The notes under the pieces: model-generated
What the model saw: only the letters and a program-made list of their open reading frames with translations
The model's database searches: none
Told to the model about the DNA's origin: nothing
In this document: piece by piece, positions 40,134 through 49,337 of the stretch
How positions within the stretch are numbered: the stretch's first letter is position 1
Layout: each line of letters starts with the position of its first letter
Assembly (NCBI GenBank): GCA_963666215.2
Contig: CAXWPL010000005.1
Location: 736,001 to 800,000 of the forward strand
DNA length: 64,000 nucleotides
Reading direction: 5' to 3'
Source: Acidobacteriota bacterium
GTDB lineage: Bacteria; Acidobacteriota; UBA890; WLXD01
Made by a program: the position numbers and the translations under genes

Positions 40134-41277
40134 AATCAAGATTGCAATCGCGGGCGTTGGCAACTGTGCCAGCTCCCTGGTTCAGGGACTTGAGTACTAT
40201 CGGCACCACGATCTATCAGAAGCCGCCGGGCTCATTCATCCTGAACTTGGTGGCTACCGAATCAAGGACGTCGAGGTCGTTGCTGCATTCGATGTGGATC
40301 GGCGAAAAGTGGGGCGGACCCTTCACGAGGCTGTTTTTGCCCCCCCGAATTGTACGACCGTTTTCCAGAAAGAGCTCCCCTCGACAAGTGTCGCCGTTCA
40401 GATGGCGCCGGTGCTGGACGGCATTGCCGGTCACATGGAGCGCTACCCGGATGATCGGGCCTTTCGCTTGTCCGACGCGGAGCCGGTTGATGTTGCCAAG
40501 ACGCTCAACGCAGCCGGCGCCGAGATCCTCGTGTGCTATTTGCCGGTCGGCTCGGAGCAAGCCGTGCGCCATTACGCGATGGCTTGCCTGGACGCCGGTG
40601 TCGCCATGGTCAACTGCGTACCGGTATTCATCGCTTCTAGCACGGAGTTCGCGGAGCAGTTCGAAAGGAGGAGGCTACCGATCGTAGGCGACGACATCAA
40701 GAGCCAGTTCGGAGCCACGCTCCTGCACCGGATCATCGCGCGCACGCTCGGCGACCGGGGCGCGGAAATCGAGCGCACCTACCAGCTGAACACGGGCGGC
40801 AACACCGACTTCCTCAATATGCTCGAGCGGGCGCGGCTTGAGACCAAGAAGATCTCGAAAACGGAATCCGTACAGTCGCAGTTCGACAAACGCCTCCCGG
40901 ACGAGAACATCCACATCGGCCCCTCCGACTACGTACCGTGGCAGAACGATAACAAGGTTTGCTTTCTGCGCATTGAATGGCGTGGCTTCGGTGACGTGCC
41001 CATGAACCTCGAAGCGCGCCTTTCCGTCGAGGATTCGCCGAACTCCGCGGGTGTGGTGATCGACGCCGTCCGCTGCGCCAAGCTAGCGCTCGATCGGAGG
41101 ATTGGGGGGCCGCTGAAGGTTGCCTCAGCCTGCATGATGAAGCACCCGCCGGAGCAGATGCGGGACAGCGAGGCCTTTGCCGCGCTGGAGAAGTTCATCT
41201 CCGGCGAGGTGCACCCACTCACGGAACACGAGCAGCAAAACCAGCTTCTTCAATATGGTCGAGAAGATGCGGCTTGA
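40123..41277 (+). CDS. ino1: myo-inositol-1(3)-phosphate synthase
   Basis: GVGNCASSLVQG, GDDIKSQFGAT, QLNTGGNTDFLNM, DSPNSAG. Confidence 0.95.
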   Translation: MKSKIKIAIAGVGNCASSLVQGLEYYRHHDLSEAAGLIHPELGGYRIKDVEVVAAFDVDRRKVGRTLHEAVFAPPNCTTVFQKELPSTSVAVQMAPVLDGIAGHMERYPDDRAFRLSDAEPVDVAKTLNAAGAEILVCYLPVGSEQAVRHYAMACLDAGVAMVNCVPVFIASSTEFAEQFERRRLPIVGDDIKSQFGATLLHRIIARTLGDRGAEIERTYQLNTGGNTDFLNMLERARLETKKISKTESVQSQFDKRLPDENIHIGPSDYVPWQNDNKVCFLRIEWRGFGDVPMNLEARLSVEDSPNSAGVVIDAVRCAKLALDRRIGGPLKVASACMMKHPPEQMRDSEAFAALEKFISGEVHPLTEHEQQNQLLQYGREDAA

Positions 41278-41310
41278 GACCGAGAAGATCAAGAAAACGG
41301 GTGAGGTGGA

Positions 41311-42168
41311 ATGAAGACGGCTGGCCTCCAGGGCCTGACGGTAGACTGTCAGGAGATACTCCAACTATTGAAACGGCTCCACCACGAGTCGCGGGCGCAT
41401 CTCGACCGTCTCTGGTCTCAGTCCCGAGTCGATCCCGGGGCCATAGTTGGCGTCAACGCCAAAGGCGACCAGCAGAGGCAATTCGACGTCGCTGCGGACC
41501 GATGGGTTCGACGCTGGCTCACCGAGCACTACGACAGCGGGATCGTGGTATCGGAGGAGGAAACCGAAGCGCTCGAGCTCGGCAACGGACAGAATGGATA
41601 CCGGTTCGTCGTCGATCCCGTCGACGGCTCGGACAATTACGCGCGCGGCCTGCCGCTTTCCGCGCTGTCGATCGCCGTCCTCCCGCGCCAGGCACCCCTG
41701 TGTACCGATCGAGTCGTCTACGGGCTGGTCGGTGACGTCTCTGATGGTGATCCCATCGTGGCGACAAGAGGCCAGGGTGCATATCGGGGCGGCCAGCGAC
41801 TACGCACTTCGCGGACGCATTGCCTTCGAGACGCTGTGCTGTCCTGCGAGCTGAATCATTGGGCGCCCGGCGGCTCTCTGGCCACGACCCTGGAAGGCTG
41901 TGCGGGCGTGCGTGCCTACGGCTGTGCATCGCGTGCGCTTGGCTTGGTAGCGGCAGGTGCGCTGGACGCCCATATCGACGTTAGGAACCGATTGACGCCC
42001 GAGAGTTTTCTCGCGGCTTCATTCCTCGTCACCGAGGCGGGTGGACACGTCTGTCGTCTCGACGGTGAGGCTCTCGGTCCATTCCAATCGTTACAGGATC
42101 GCACGACCCTCGTCGCCGCATCGACGAGAGAGCTTGGGGAGGAGATTCTCCATGCCCTCGCTGCATAG
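41311..42168 (+). CDS. Inositol monophosphatase family protein
   Basis: SEE, VVDPVDGSDN, VAAGALDA, LVTEAGG. Confidence 0.88.
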   Translation: MKTAGLQGLTVDCQEILQLLKRLHHESRAHLDRLWSQSRVDPGAIVGVNAKGDQQRQFDVAADRWVRRWLTEHYDSGIVVSEEETEALELGNGQNGYRFVVDPVDGSDNYARGLPLSALSIAVLPRQAPLCTDRVVYGLVGDVSDGDPIVATRGQGAYRGGQRLRTSRTHCLRDAVLSCELNHWAPGGSLATTLEGCAGVRAYGCASRALGLVAAGALDAHIDVRNRLTPESFLAASFLVTEAGGHVCRLDGEALGPFQSLQDRTTLVAASTRELGEEILHALAA

Positions 42169-43744
42169 AGTTCCACCTGCAGAAACGACCACTCCGCTGG
42201 CCGTGATCCTTGCGGCCGGCAAGGGGAGACGATTGCGGGGCGCTCGTTCGCCCGTGCCCAAACCACTTGTCCGCTTGCGAGGTCTTTCGATCGCCGAGAG
42301 ATCGATAGCACAACTGCTCACGGCCGGTATGGAGCGATTTGTCATCGTTCTTGGGTGTGATGCAGCGCTTGTCCAGCACGAATTCGAGCGCGTTGCAAGA
42401 CGACGACGGTGCCATATCTCTTTTGTTGAGGCCGAGAACTGGGAACAAGGCAACGGCTGTTCCGCGGTCGCTGCTGCTCCTTTGGTCGGCGATAGCCCGT
42501 TTCTCCTGACCATGGTCGATCACTTGCTACCCCCGGAGATGATCCGGAAGGTGCTGGCTGATCCGCTGACACAGGACGAAGTAGCGCTCGCCGTCGATCA
42601 TGATACCGACAAGGTGTTCGACCCTCCCGATCTCACGAAAGTGGAGGTGTCCGGAGGGTATATCGCAGCGATTGGAAAAGACCTCACGGGTTGGAACGCG
42701 GGCGACACGGGGCTGTTTTACTGTTCATCAAGGCTATTCGAGGGGCTGGCGAGAGCGCACAAGCAGGGCAAGTTTTCGTTAACGGACGGGATCCGAGAAT
42801 GCGTTGCACAGGGTGGGGTTCGTGCGATCGATGTGACCGGTGCGCGTTGGCTCGATGTGGACACTCCGGAAGCATTGCAGGAGGCAGTGCACCGGATCGA
42901 CACGACCATGGCGAAAGGGGGAGAAGATGGCTTCATCTCCCAATATATAAACCGCCCGCTCTCCCGTCGCCTTTCGGTGGCTCTGTCGAAAACGCTGCTG
43001 ACACCCAATCACATCACACTGCTCTCCTTCTTTATGGGGCTGATTGGCGCCGTCGGTTTGGCCACCACGGACCGGTGGTTTTGGATCGCCGGAGCGATAC
43101 TCATTCAGATCGCCTCTATCGTGGATGGGTGCGACGGTGAGATCGCGCGGATCAAGTTGCTTCAAAGTCCACAAGGCGCCTGGCTCGATACGGTGTTGGA
43201 TCGGTATTCTGACGTGGCGATCGGGCTTGCCGTGACATTCGCCGCTTCACAACTGCACGACGCGGCTTGGGTTTGGCCAGCCGGCTTTGCTGCAACGGCC
43301 AGCTTCCTCATGGCGAGCTATGTCACCAAGGAATTCCAGATTCGGTTTCAACGTCCGTATCCCAATAATCTCGTAAACAAGGTCAAGCGTCGTGATCTTC
43401 GAATCCTCGTCATCGCCATTGGTTCAGTGCTGGGACACCCGCTGACGGCGCTGCTGGCCATCGGCTCCTTGACCCACATGGCTGTGCTGCAGATCCTCGT
43501 CTCTGGCTGGCGCACTCGTCATGGTTTGCCACCTGCGGTGACGTCATTCCTGAACCCCAGACGAGCCAGCGTTGAACTCCTCACGGATATCGTCGTTGGC
43601 ACCAAGCGTGGCGATGCCATACACTCTCCGACCGCGCTTTCAACCGGCGGGCAACCGGGTGCGTTGGCAGCCGAACCTCTCGAGCACGGCGCAATCAGGT
43701 TGTCAGGTACAAGTGACGCGGGGCTACGCAAGGGGAAGCCATGA
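42152..43744 (+). CDS. Bifunctional CTP:inositol-1-phosphate cytidylyltransferase / DIPP synthase (IPCT/DIPPS)-like protein
   Basis: N-terminal NTP-transferase ILAAGKGRRL..PKPL, WLDVDTPE; linker DGFISQYINRPLS; CDP-alcohol phosphotransferase motif DGCDGEIAR..GAWLDTVLDR. Confidence 0.85.
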   Translation: MPSLHRVPPAETTTPLAVILAAGKGRRLRGARSPVPKPLVRLRGLSIAERSIAQLLTAGMERFVIVLGCDAALVQHEFERVARRRRCHISFVEAENWEQGNGCSAVAAAPLVGDSPFLLTMVDHLLPPEMIRKVLADPLTQDEVALAVDHDTDKVFDPPDLTKVEVSGGYIAAIGKDLTGWNAGDTGLFYCSSRLFEGLARAHKQGKFSLTDGIRECVAQGGVRAIDVTGARWLDVDTPEALQEAVHRIDTTMAKGGEDGFISQYINRPLSRRLSVALSKTLLTPNHITLLSFFMGLIGAVGLATTDRWFWIAGAILIQIASIVDGCDGEIARIKLLQSPQGAWLDTVLDRYSDVAIGLAVTFAASQLHDAAWVWPAGFAATASFLMASYVTKEFQIRFQRPYPNNLVNKVKRRDLRILVIAIGSVLGHPLTALLAIGSLTHMAVLQILVSGWRTRHGLPPAVTSFLNPRRASVELLTDIVVGTKRGDAIHSPTALSTGGQPGALAAEPLEHGAIRLSGTSDAGLRKGKP

Positions 43745-43857
43745 CGGGTTCCGAGGTTGGCAGGCTAGAGTGCCTTGCACCACTGGCCTTGTGCTGCCGT
43801 TTTACGCGAATGTCTTTTCCTTGTATTTTCCGGCAGCACGATCGGTAGGTTTTCAAC

Positions 43858-45241
43858 ATGCCCCGTCTTCGGACTAGGATCCAGGCGTCGCCGCTAGCAC
43901 CCGGGCCGTCGCGCGCCTGGCTAGATGCCCCGACCCGGTTCGGAGGGGTATCGAAGTTTCTCCGCATAGAACGCCCATCTCAACTGGCCTTCTGGATCCT
44001 CTTTGCTGCGATTGCCTCCCTCATACTCTTCGTTCGGATAACCAATGTGTTCAACTACCATCCTGTCTTCGCAATATATGGGGCGGTAGTTGGAGCGCTT
44101 ATCATCTCCCGCTATGTGTTCTTTGCATTGTACAACCCCCCCCTTCTCCAGCCTGACCTTTACGAACCCTGCTGTACTTATTCCTGCCAAGAATGAATCA
44201 ATGGGGATATACGCGACGGCACGCTCTCTTGCCGAGCAGGACTATCCAAGCGAGAAGTTGACAGTGGTCCTGATCAACGATGGAAGCACCGACGACACCC
44301 GCTACTGGATCGATCGCGCATCCACCGACTTTGGCTTCAAGGTCATCGACCTAGTCGAGAACAAAGGGAAGAGGGACTATCCGCGATAGCGATGGAAGCA
44401 CCGACGAAGGGATGAAGGTACATCGATGCCGAAGGTCACTGTCACTGTCTTGGTTGATAGCGACGTTCAGCTCGATCGCGATGCGCTTCGCCAGATCCTG
44501 AGGGGCTTTTGCTCTCCGCGGATCGCGGCTGTCTGTGGACACACGGATGTCGAAAACCATGAAGTCAATTGGTTGACAAAAATGCAGACGCAACAGTACT
44601 TCATTGCGTTCAGAGCATTTCGGGCGCTCGAAGGTCATTTCCGCAGCGTCATCTGCTGCTCTGGAGCATTCAGTGCATACCGCACGAGTGTTCTCAGGAG
44701 AGTCATGAAGCGGTGGTTGGGCCAGACCTTCTTGGGCGTGAAGCGGACCTTCGGAGACAATCGAGGCTTGACGAATCTGATCCTGCAAGACAGCCTCGAT
44801 ACGATTTATGTACCTGTTGCCAAGGCGAGGACGATCGTACCCGAGACGCTCTCCAAGTATATGAAGCAACAGATACGATGGCGTCGATCTTTCATCATCG
44901 AAGCGATCATCGGTGCCAGGCACATGTGGAGGAGACCCCTGGTCGCCGCAATGGCATTCTATAGCCTTCTTCTGGTGTCCTCGATGGCTCCCGTCATAGT
45001 GGGGTACTTCCTCGTGCTCGGACCGATCACTGGGCAGGTGAATCCGGTGGGCTATTTGATCGGGCTGTCCCTTGTCGTGATGCTACACCAGACTTTCTAC
45101 TGGGCATTCCAGCTGCCACCTGCCAAGAAAGTGGGTTTCCTATCGTTGATGCCGATGCTGCCGATGTGGATCGCGGCGTCGTTGCTCATGCTACCTTGGG
45201 CTATGGTTACACTCCGAAGAACAGGCTGGGGCACGCGCTAG
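43858..45241 (+). pseudogene. Processive GT2 glycosyltransferase (hyaluronan synthase/NodC-like), disrupted
   Basis: Three consecutive ORFs (43858-44196, 44090-44389, 44426-45241) carrying IPAKNE, NDGSTD, NKGKR, VDSD, CCSGAFSAYR, GDNR and QQIRW; breaks near 44170 and 44380-44430. Confidence 0.8.
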
Positions 45242-45595
45242 CAGAGATACTTGGTGCCCTGGAGACGCTCGTCGCCTTTCTGTCCGTGCAAGGCAAGGCG
45301 CCGTCCAGAGTCTCTTCGAGCTGAGCCGGCACCGACTCGGATCCGCGAACTACCGGGTGCTTCGGACTCGCGCCTTTGGGACCTGGAGCGAGGCAGTCAC
45401 CGCATAGGACAACCCGGCTCCAGGGCTCGCTCAGAAGGGAATCGTGGTCCGAGGCCGGGCAGCCGGCACAGGCGGAAGTGACGTGAATGACGTGAGGCCA
45501 GCGACGTTAGTACCACCTCTTATCTCATTAACTTCGGCGCTTTAGCCGAAGGTTGCGCGGTTATCCAGTGTGACGGTGTAGCCGGTAGGTTCCGG

Positions 45596-47773
45596 CTAGG
45601 GTATGTGCGTGATTCGCCAGGCCGCAACGGTTGCGACGGCTGCGACTGCTACGAAGATCAACAGCGCAATCAACCAGCGCGCAGTCTGGCGGCCGCGGAC
45701 TCCCTTCGGGTAGGGCGGTCGCGTGGTGAATGTAAGCGCCTGGCGCTGGGTGAGCCGCATTCGGGTATTGATCGCCCATCCACTGCCTTCGAGAATCGCG
45801 CTCAGGTCTCGCTGGCGCAGCTTGACAAACGCCCGAATCGTCGCGGGCAACATCAGAACGAGCATCGTTCCCATTACACCGAGTAGGATACCCAACGGGT
45901 CTTCCGCGATTTTCTCGCTCACATAAGCCACCGACGACAGAAGCGCTGCCACCGCTATCCCACCGCCCATCAGCATACCGCCGACCGCCGCTCCCGCGGC
46001 TGGAGTCGCGGGTGGCTTCCCGGCCGTGCTCACGGCAGACATGGCTTGCTCCGCGCTTTCGTCGAACTGCTCTTCCGTGGAGCTGATCAGCGAATCGATC
46101 TTGCGCGTGAATATTTTCGCGAGCCGCCGGTAGGGCGCAGTAATCGCTCCGCCGAGGTCGATCGGGTTGTCGATGATCTGCAGGATGCGCGCGTCCCAGT
46201 GCCGCCCCTCGATGTCTTCGAAGATGCCTCGCTTGCCCACGCACAGGTTCCCCGGACCGCCAGCCGTCACCGGTACCGCCACGCAGGGCCGTTCCTCCGA
46301 ACCTTGCCGCACAAGCTCCAAGTACATAACGTAAATGCTGCTGGTAGCCGCGAGCTTGGCGTGCTCAGCGGGATCGCTCACCTTGACGGCGAAGTTGAAG
46401 CGTCGGCCATCGACAATCGAGGTGCCCATCTCGAACACTGCACGTCGCTCTGGATCGTACAAATCGGGGAAGCTGATGAAGTTGTTGGCCAGCTGCAGGA
46501 GATTGGCCTGAAACAGTATTAACTTTTCCAAGGCGCGAATGTTGTCCAAGACGAACCGGGTTTGCTTGCTCTGCGCAATGAGACCGCGCACCGTGTCGGC
46601 GGTACGCGCCTTGAGGTAGTGTCGAATTCTCTCCGGACCCAGCGCTGCTAGCTCGGTGCCGCGTTGGTCGCTCAACCAGCTTTCATAGGCAGCGAACATC
46701 TGCTTCGTTTGCTGCCACTGCTGGTGGGTAAGCTGGTCTCCGTTGCCGAGCATCGGCCCTACAACGTGTTCGCGCAGGCGCGCGATCGAATCCGCGTACC
46801 ACAGGTTGATCGACTCGTCGAAGCGGAGCGTGCGCTCAGCGCTGGGTCGGTTCAGCGCAGCGCGCTGCAGCAGTGCGCGGAGATCCGCGAGGTCAGCAAA
46901 GTCAGTTTGGTCGTTGTCAACGGTGCCGGTGATGCGGTCCGCCAGGCGATCGTCGAGCTTTACCGCCTCGCATTGGGCGAAGTACTCGTCGATCTTTTCG
47001 CGAATGCCGGCGAACGCGGCAAACGCCGCGGAGGTTGCGGGGCCCAGCGGCAGAATCTCTGTGGAACTGTGTTCGTCTGACGCCCTGCCCTGCGCATCCC
47101 AGGCCAGGTAGGCCTCGGCACTGGCAAGGAACTGACCGAGGTGCTCCTCGTCCAGCCCCATGGCGCCACTCGGATGCTCAACTCCCCCCACCGTGGCGGT
47201 CAGATCTTCGACAAACTGTCGGATGCTGCGGTCGTCTGTGGCCTGGGGCAGAACGATGCCCGCTTCGCTCACGGGCATGCCTTCGATCTGTAGACGAACT
47301 TGCCGTACTTGGTCGAGCGAAACGTGGGTGGCGCCCTCATTCGCTTGTTGCAAGAGAAGCTGGGTCGCTGCCTCATGGGCTCGTTTTCCATCCTCGGCTC
47401 GCGTGTTGATTGAGGCCAGCGCCAGCGATTCATCACCGGCGTCGAGGCCGCGAAAGTCGCACAACACCTCCAGACACCAACGGATGGCATCCTTGAGCTC
47501 CGGTGGTTTGAGCCGGCCGTCGTGGTCGCTATCGACGAGCTTCAGAAATAGGGCGTCGAGGTGAAGTGTGTCGACGGGAGCGCTGGTTGCGACCCAAAGA
47601 GCCTCGTTGAGGTCCAAGGCGATGCGCAAATCGACAGCCGTAACGATGTCGAGTTGGTAGGTTCGCCCAATTTTAGTGAATCTCGCAGAGGGCGATGACG
47701 CTTGCTTCAAGGGCTTTCTCCCCTGCCCGTAATGATGATGAGCAGACCAAATAAGCGAGCGAGGCAACCACAC
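45596..47773 (-). CDS. Uncharacterised ~725-aa protein with EF-hand-like loop and C-terminal TM helices
   Basis: Long ORF; DSDHDGRLKPPE loop; about 3 C-terminal hydrophobic segments; RDLSAILEGSGWAIN. Confidence 0.7.
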   Translation of the reverse strand: MWLPRSLIWSAHHHYGQGRKPLKQASSPSARFTKIGRTYQLDIVTAVDLRIALDLNEALWVATSAPVDTLHLDALFLKLVDSDHDGRLKPPELKDAIRWCLEVLCDFRGLDAGDESLALASINTRAEDGKRAHEAATQLLLQQANEGATHVSLDQVRQVRLQIEGMPVSEAGIVLPQATDDRSIRQFVEDLTATVGGVEHPSGAMGLDEEHLGQFLASAEAYLAWDAQGRASDEHSSTEILPLGPATSAAFAAFAGIREKIDEYFAQCEAVKLDDRLADRITGTVDNDQTDFADLADLRALLQRAALNRPSAERTLRFDESINLWYADSIARLREHVVGPMLGNGDQLTHQQWQQTKQMFAAYESWLSDQRGTELAALGPERIRHYLKARTADTVRGLIAQSKQTRFVLDNIRALEKLILFQANLLQLANNFISFPDLYDPERRAVFEMGTSIVDGRRFNFAVKVSDPAEHAKLAATSSIYVMYLELVRQGSEERPCVAVPVTAGGPGNLCVGKRGIFEDIEGRHWDARILQIIDNPIDLGGAITAPYRRLAKIFTRKIDSLISSTEEQFDESAEQAMSAVSTAGKPPATPAAGAAVGGMLMGGGIAVAALLSSVAYVSEKIAEDPLGILLGVMGTMLVLMLPATIRAFVKLRQRDLSAILEGSGWAINTRMRLTQRQALTFTTRPPYPKGVRGRQTARWLIALLIFVAVAAVATVAAWRITHIP

Positions 47774-47778
47774 GCCAC

Positions 47779-47975
47779 GGGGGATGTCCCACCGTCCGTT
47801 GAACTAAGGCGACGGTGAAGTGGTTGGGGATTGTTACGCAGTACGGCGCTCCTGTTCAAGGGGGAGGTCGACGGCAGCGCGTAGAGCAGCATCGAGCTTG
47901 GCGATGTCGCGGTAGCCACGGACCACGCGGAAGGGGCTCTCGGCCTCAGCGCTACCAGCGATGACCAACGGTTCT
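47779..47975 (-). mobile_element. IS256-family right-end remnant with transposase C-terminus
   Basis: AEAESPFRVVRGYRDIAKLDAALR..* followed by the 50-bp end shared with 26197-26246. Confidence 0.75.
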
Positions 47976-48010
47976 AGCTAGAGCGCCTGCTGGCCGAACC
48001 GAAGCCTTAG

Positions 48011-49337
48011 CAGGCTGCTGAAAAACGGCTCACGAGTGTCGATCCGGTCCCCGAGCGGCAGCGTGGAGTAGGCATGGCGCGCACCGTTGAAGGGGGGGGC
48101 GGTCGCAAACGACCCTTCGCTCGTCACCGCGAGGGCCGGTTTGGCACTCCGGGGTCCCACTGCCTTCACGTCAGCGCCTCGAGATTGCGTATTCTCACCA
48201 AGGTGAACGCCGCCGCGGTGAAGACGAACATCCAGCCGACGCGGTCGACCCCTCGGTGCTTCGTCTTGCGGATCAGTCCGACTGTCTTTCCCCAGCCGAA
48301 GACCTGCTCGACGAGCTTGCGTTTGACCTGGCTTTGCTTATAGCCGGCGTGCCTCGTTGTGCGGCCATCGATCGCGCTGCGTCTGTTGGTGTCGTTCTGC
48401 GCCACATGCGGCGTGACGTTCCGATCTCTTAGCTTGCCGACGCACTTCTTGGTGTCGTAGTTCTTGTCGCCACCCATCGTCACGCGATCTGTGCCGCGGA
48501 TCTCGCCGGCCATCTTCACCGCCGAATCTCGTTCCGCGGTGCCTGAAGCCTTCGTCACCAACGCGTTGGTCGGCAGCCCGTGGCGGTTGTCGACTACCAG
48601 GTGGCCCATGTAGCAGAGCTTCGCCTCGGATCCCTTGCTCTTCCTATACAGGCGGGCGTCAGGATCCGTTCTCGAGGCGTGAGTGTCGCTCTTTCGCCGC
48701 TGACCGCGGAAATCGACGTCCGGGTTGCGACCGCCACTACCCGGTGGATCCTGTCGCTCGCTCGGGTCTTTGGGCTGGTAGCTCTTGTGCGATGCCCACG
48801 CTTCGATCAGCGTTCCGTCCACGGTGAAGTGCTCGTCGCTCAGCAGTCCGCGCTGCCGCGCTTGCTCCACGACTTGCTCGAAGAACACTTCGGCAACCTC
48901 GCCACCGAGCACCCGGTCTCGGTTCTTGGTGAACACCGTGGCATCCCACACCGCATCGTCCATGTTCAAGCCCACGAACCAGCGGAATAGCAGGTTGTAG
49001 TCGAGCTGCTCCATCAGCATCCGCTCGGAGCGGACCGTGTACAACACCTGTAGCAGCAACGCCCGCAGCAGCTTCTCCGGCGGGATCGACGGTCGCCCAG
49101 TGTGCGAGTACATGCCGTCGAACAGAGGCGACATCCGCTCCAGAACGTCGTTGACAATCTTCAGTAGCGGCCGCAGCGGATGCTCCTTCGGTACCCTCTG
49201 CTCGGGCGAGATATAGCTGAACGCTGCCACTTGACCCGCGTCTTCACCACGCATCTGCTCACCTCGTCGATGCTTCCGGTTGGCACGGGGCTGCATGGGT
49301 CAAGCTACATGAACAGCGGGAGTTTTTCAGCAGCCTG
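48011..49337 (-). mobile_element. IS5-family insertion sequence, copy 2 (1327 bp)
   Basis: Same IRs as copy 1; flanks TTAG and CTAA. Confidence 0.95.
48166..49296 (-). CDS. IS5-family DDE transposase
   Basis: Near-identical to 37446-38576. Confidence 0.95.
   Translation of the reverse strand: MQPRANRKHRRGEQMRGEDAGQVAAFSYISPEQRVPKEHPLRPLLKIVNDVLERMSPLFDGMYSHTGRPSIPPEKLLRALLLQVLYTVRSERMLMEQLDYNLLFRWFVGLNMDDAVWDATVFTKNRDRVLGGEVAEVFFEQVVEQARQRGLLSDEHFTVDGTLIEAWASHKSYQPKDPSERQDPPGSGGRNPDVDFRGQRRKSDTHASRTDPDARLYRKSKGSEAKLCYMGHLVVDNRHGLPTNALVTKASGTAERDSAVKMAGEIRGTDRVTMGGDKNYDTKKCVGKLRDRNVTPHVAQNDTNRRSAIDGRTTRHAGYKQSQVKRKLVEQVFGWGKTVGLIRKTKHRGVDRVGWMFVFTAAAFTLVRIRNLEALT

Larger units (their letters stand above)
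37293..49337. mobile_element. Composite transposon bounded by two direct IS5 copies, CTAA target-site duplication
   Basis: Outer flanks CTAA (37289-37292) and CTAA (49338-49341) match; inner flanks CTAG and TTAG do not; cargo looks less GC-rich than the backbone. Confidence 0.75.

Noticed and set aside
45533-45552. Hairpin cttcggc-N6-gccgaag between the convergent GT2 and 725-aa genes
   Set aside because: Possible terminator but no clear U-tract; too weak to call.
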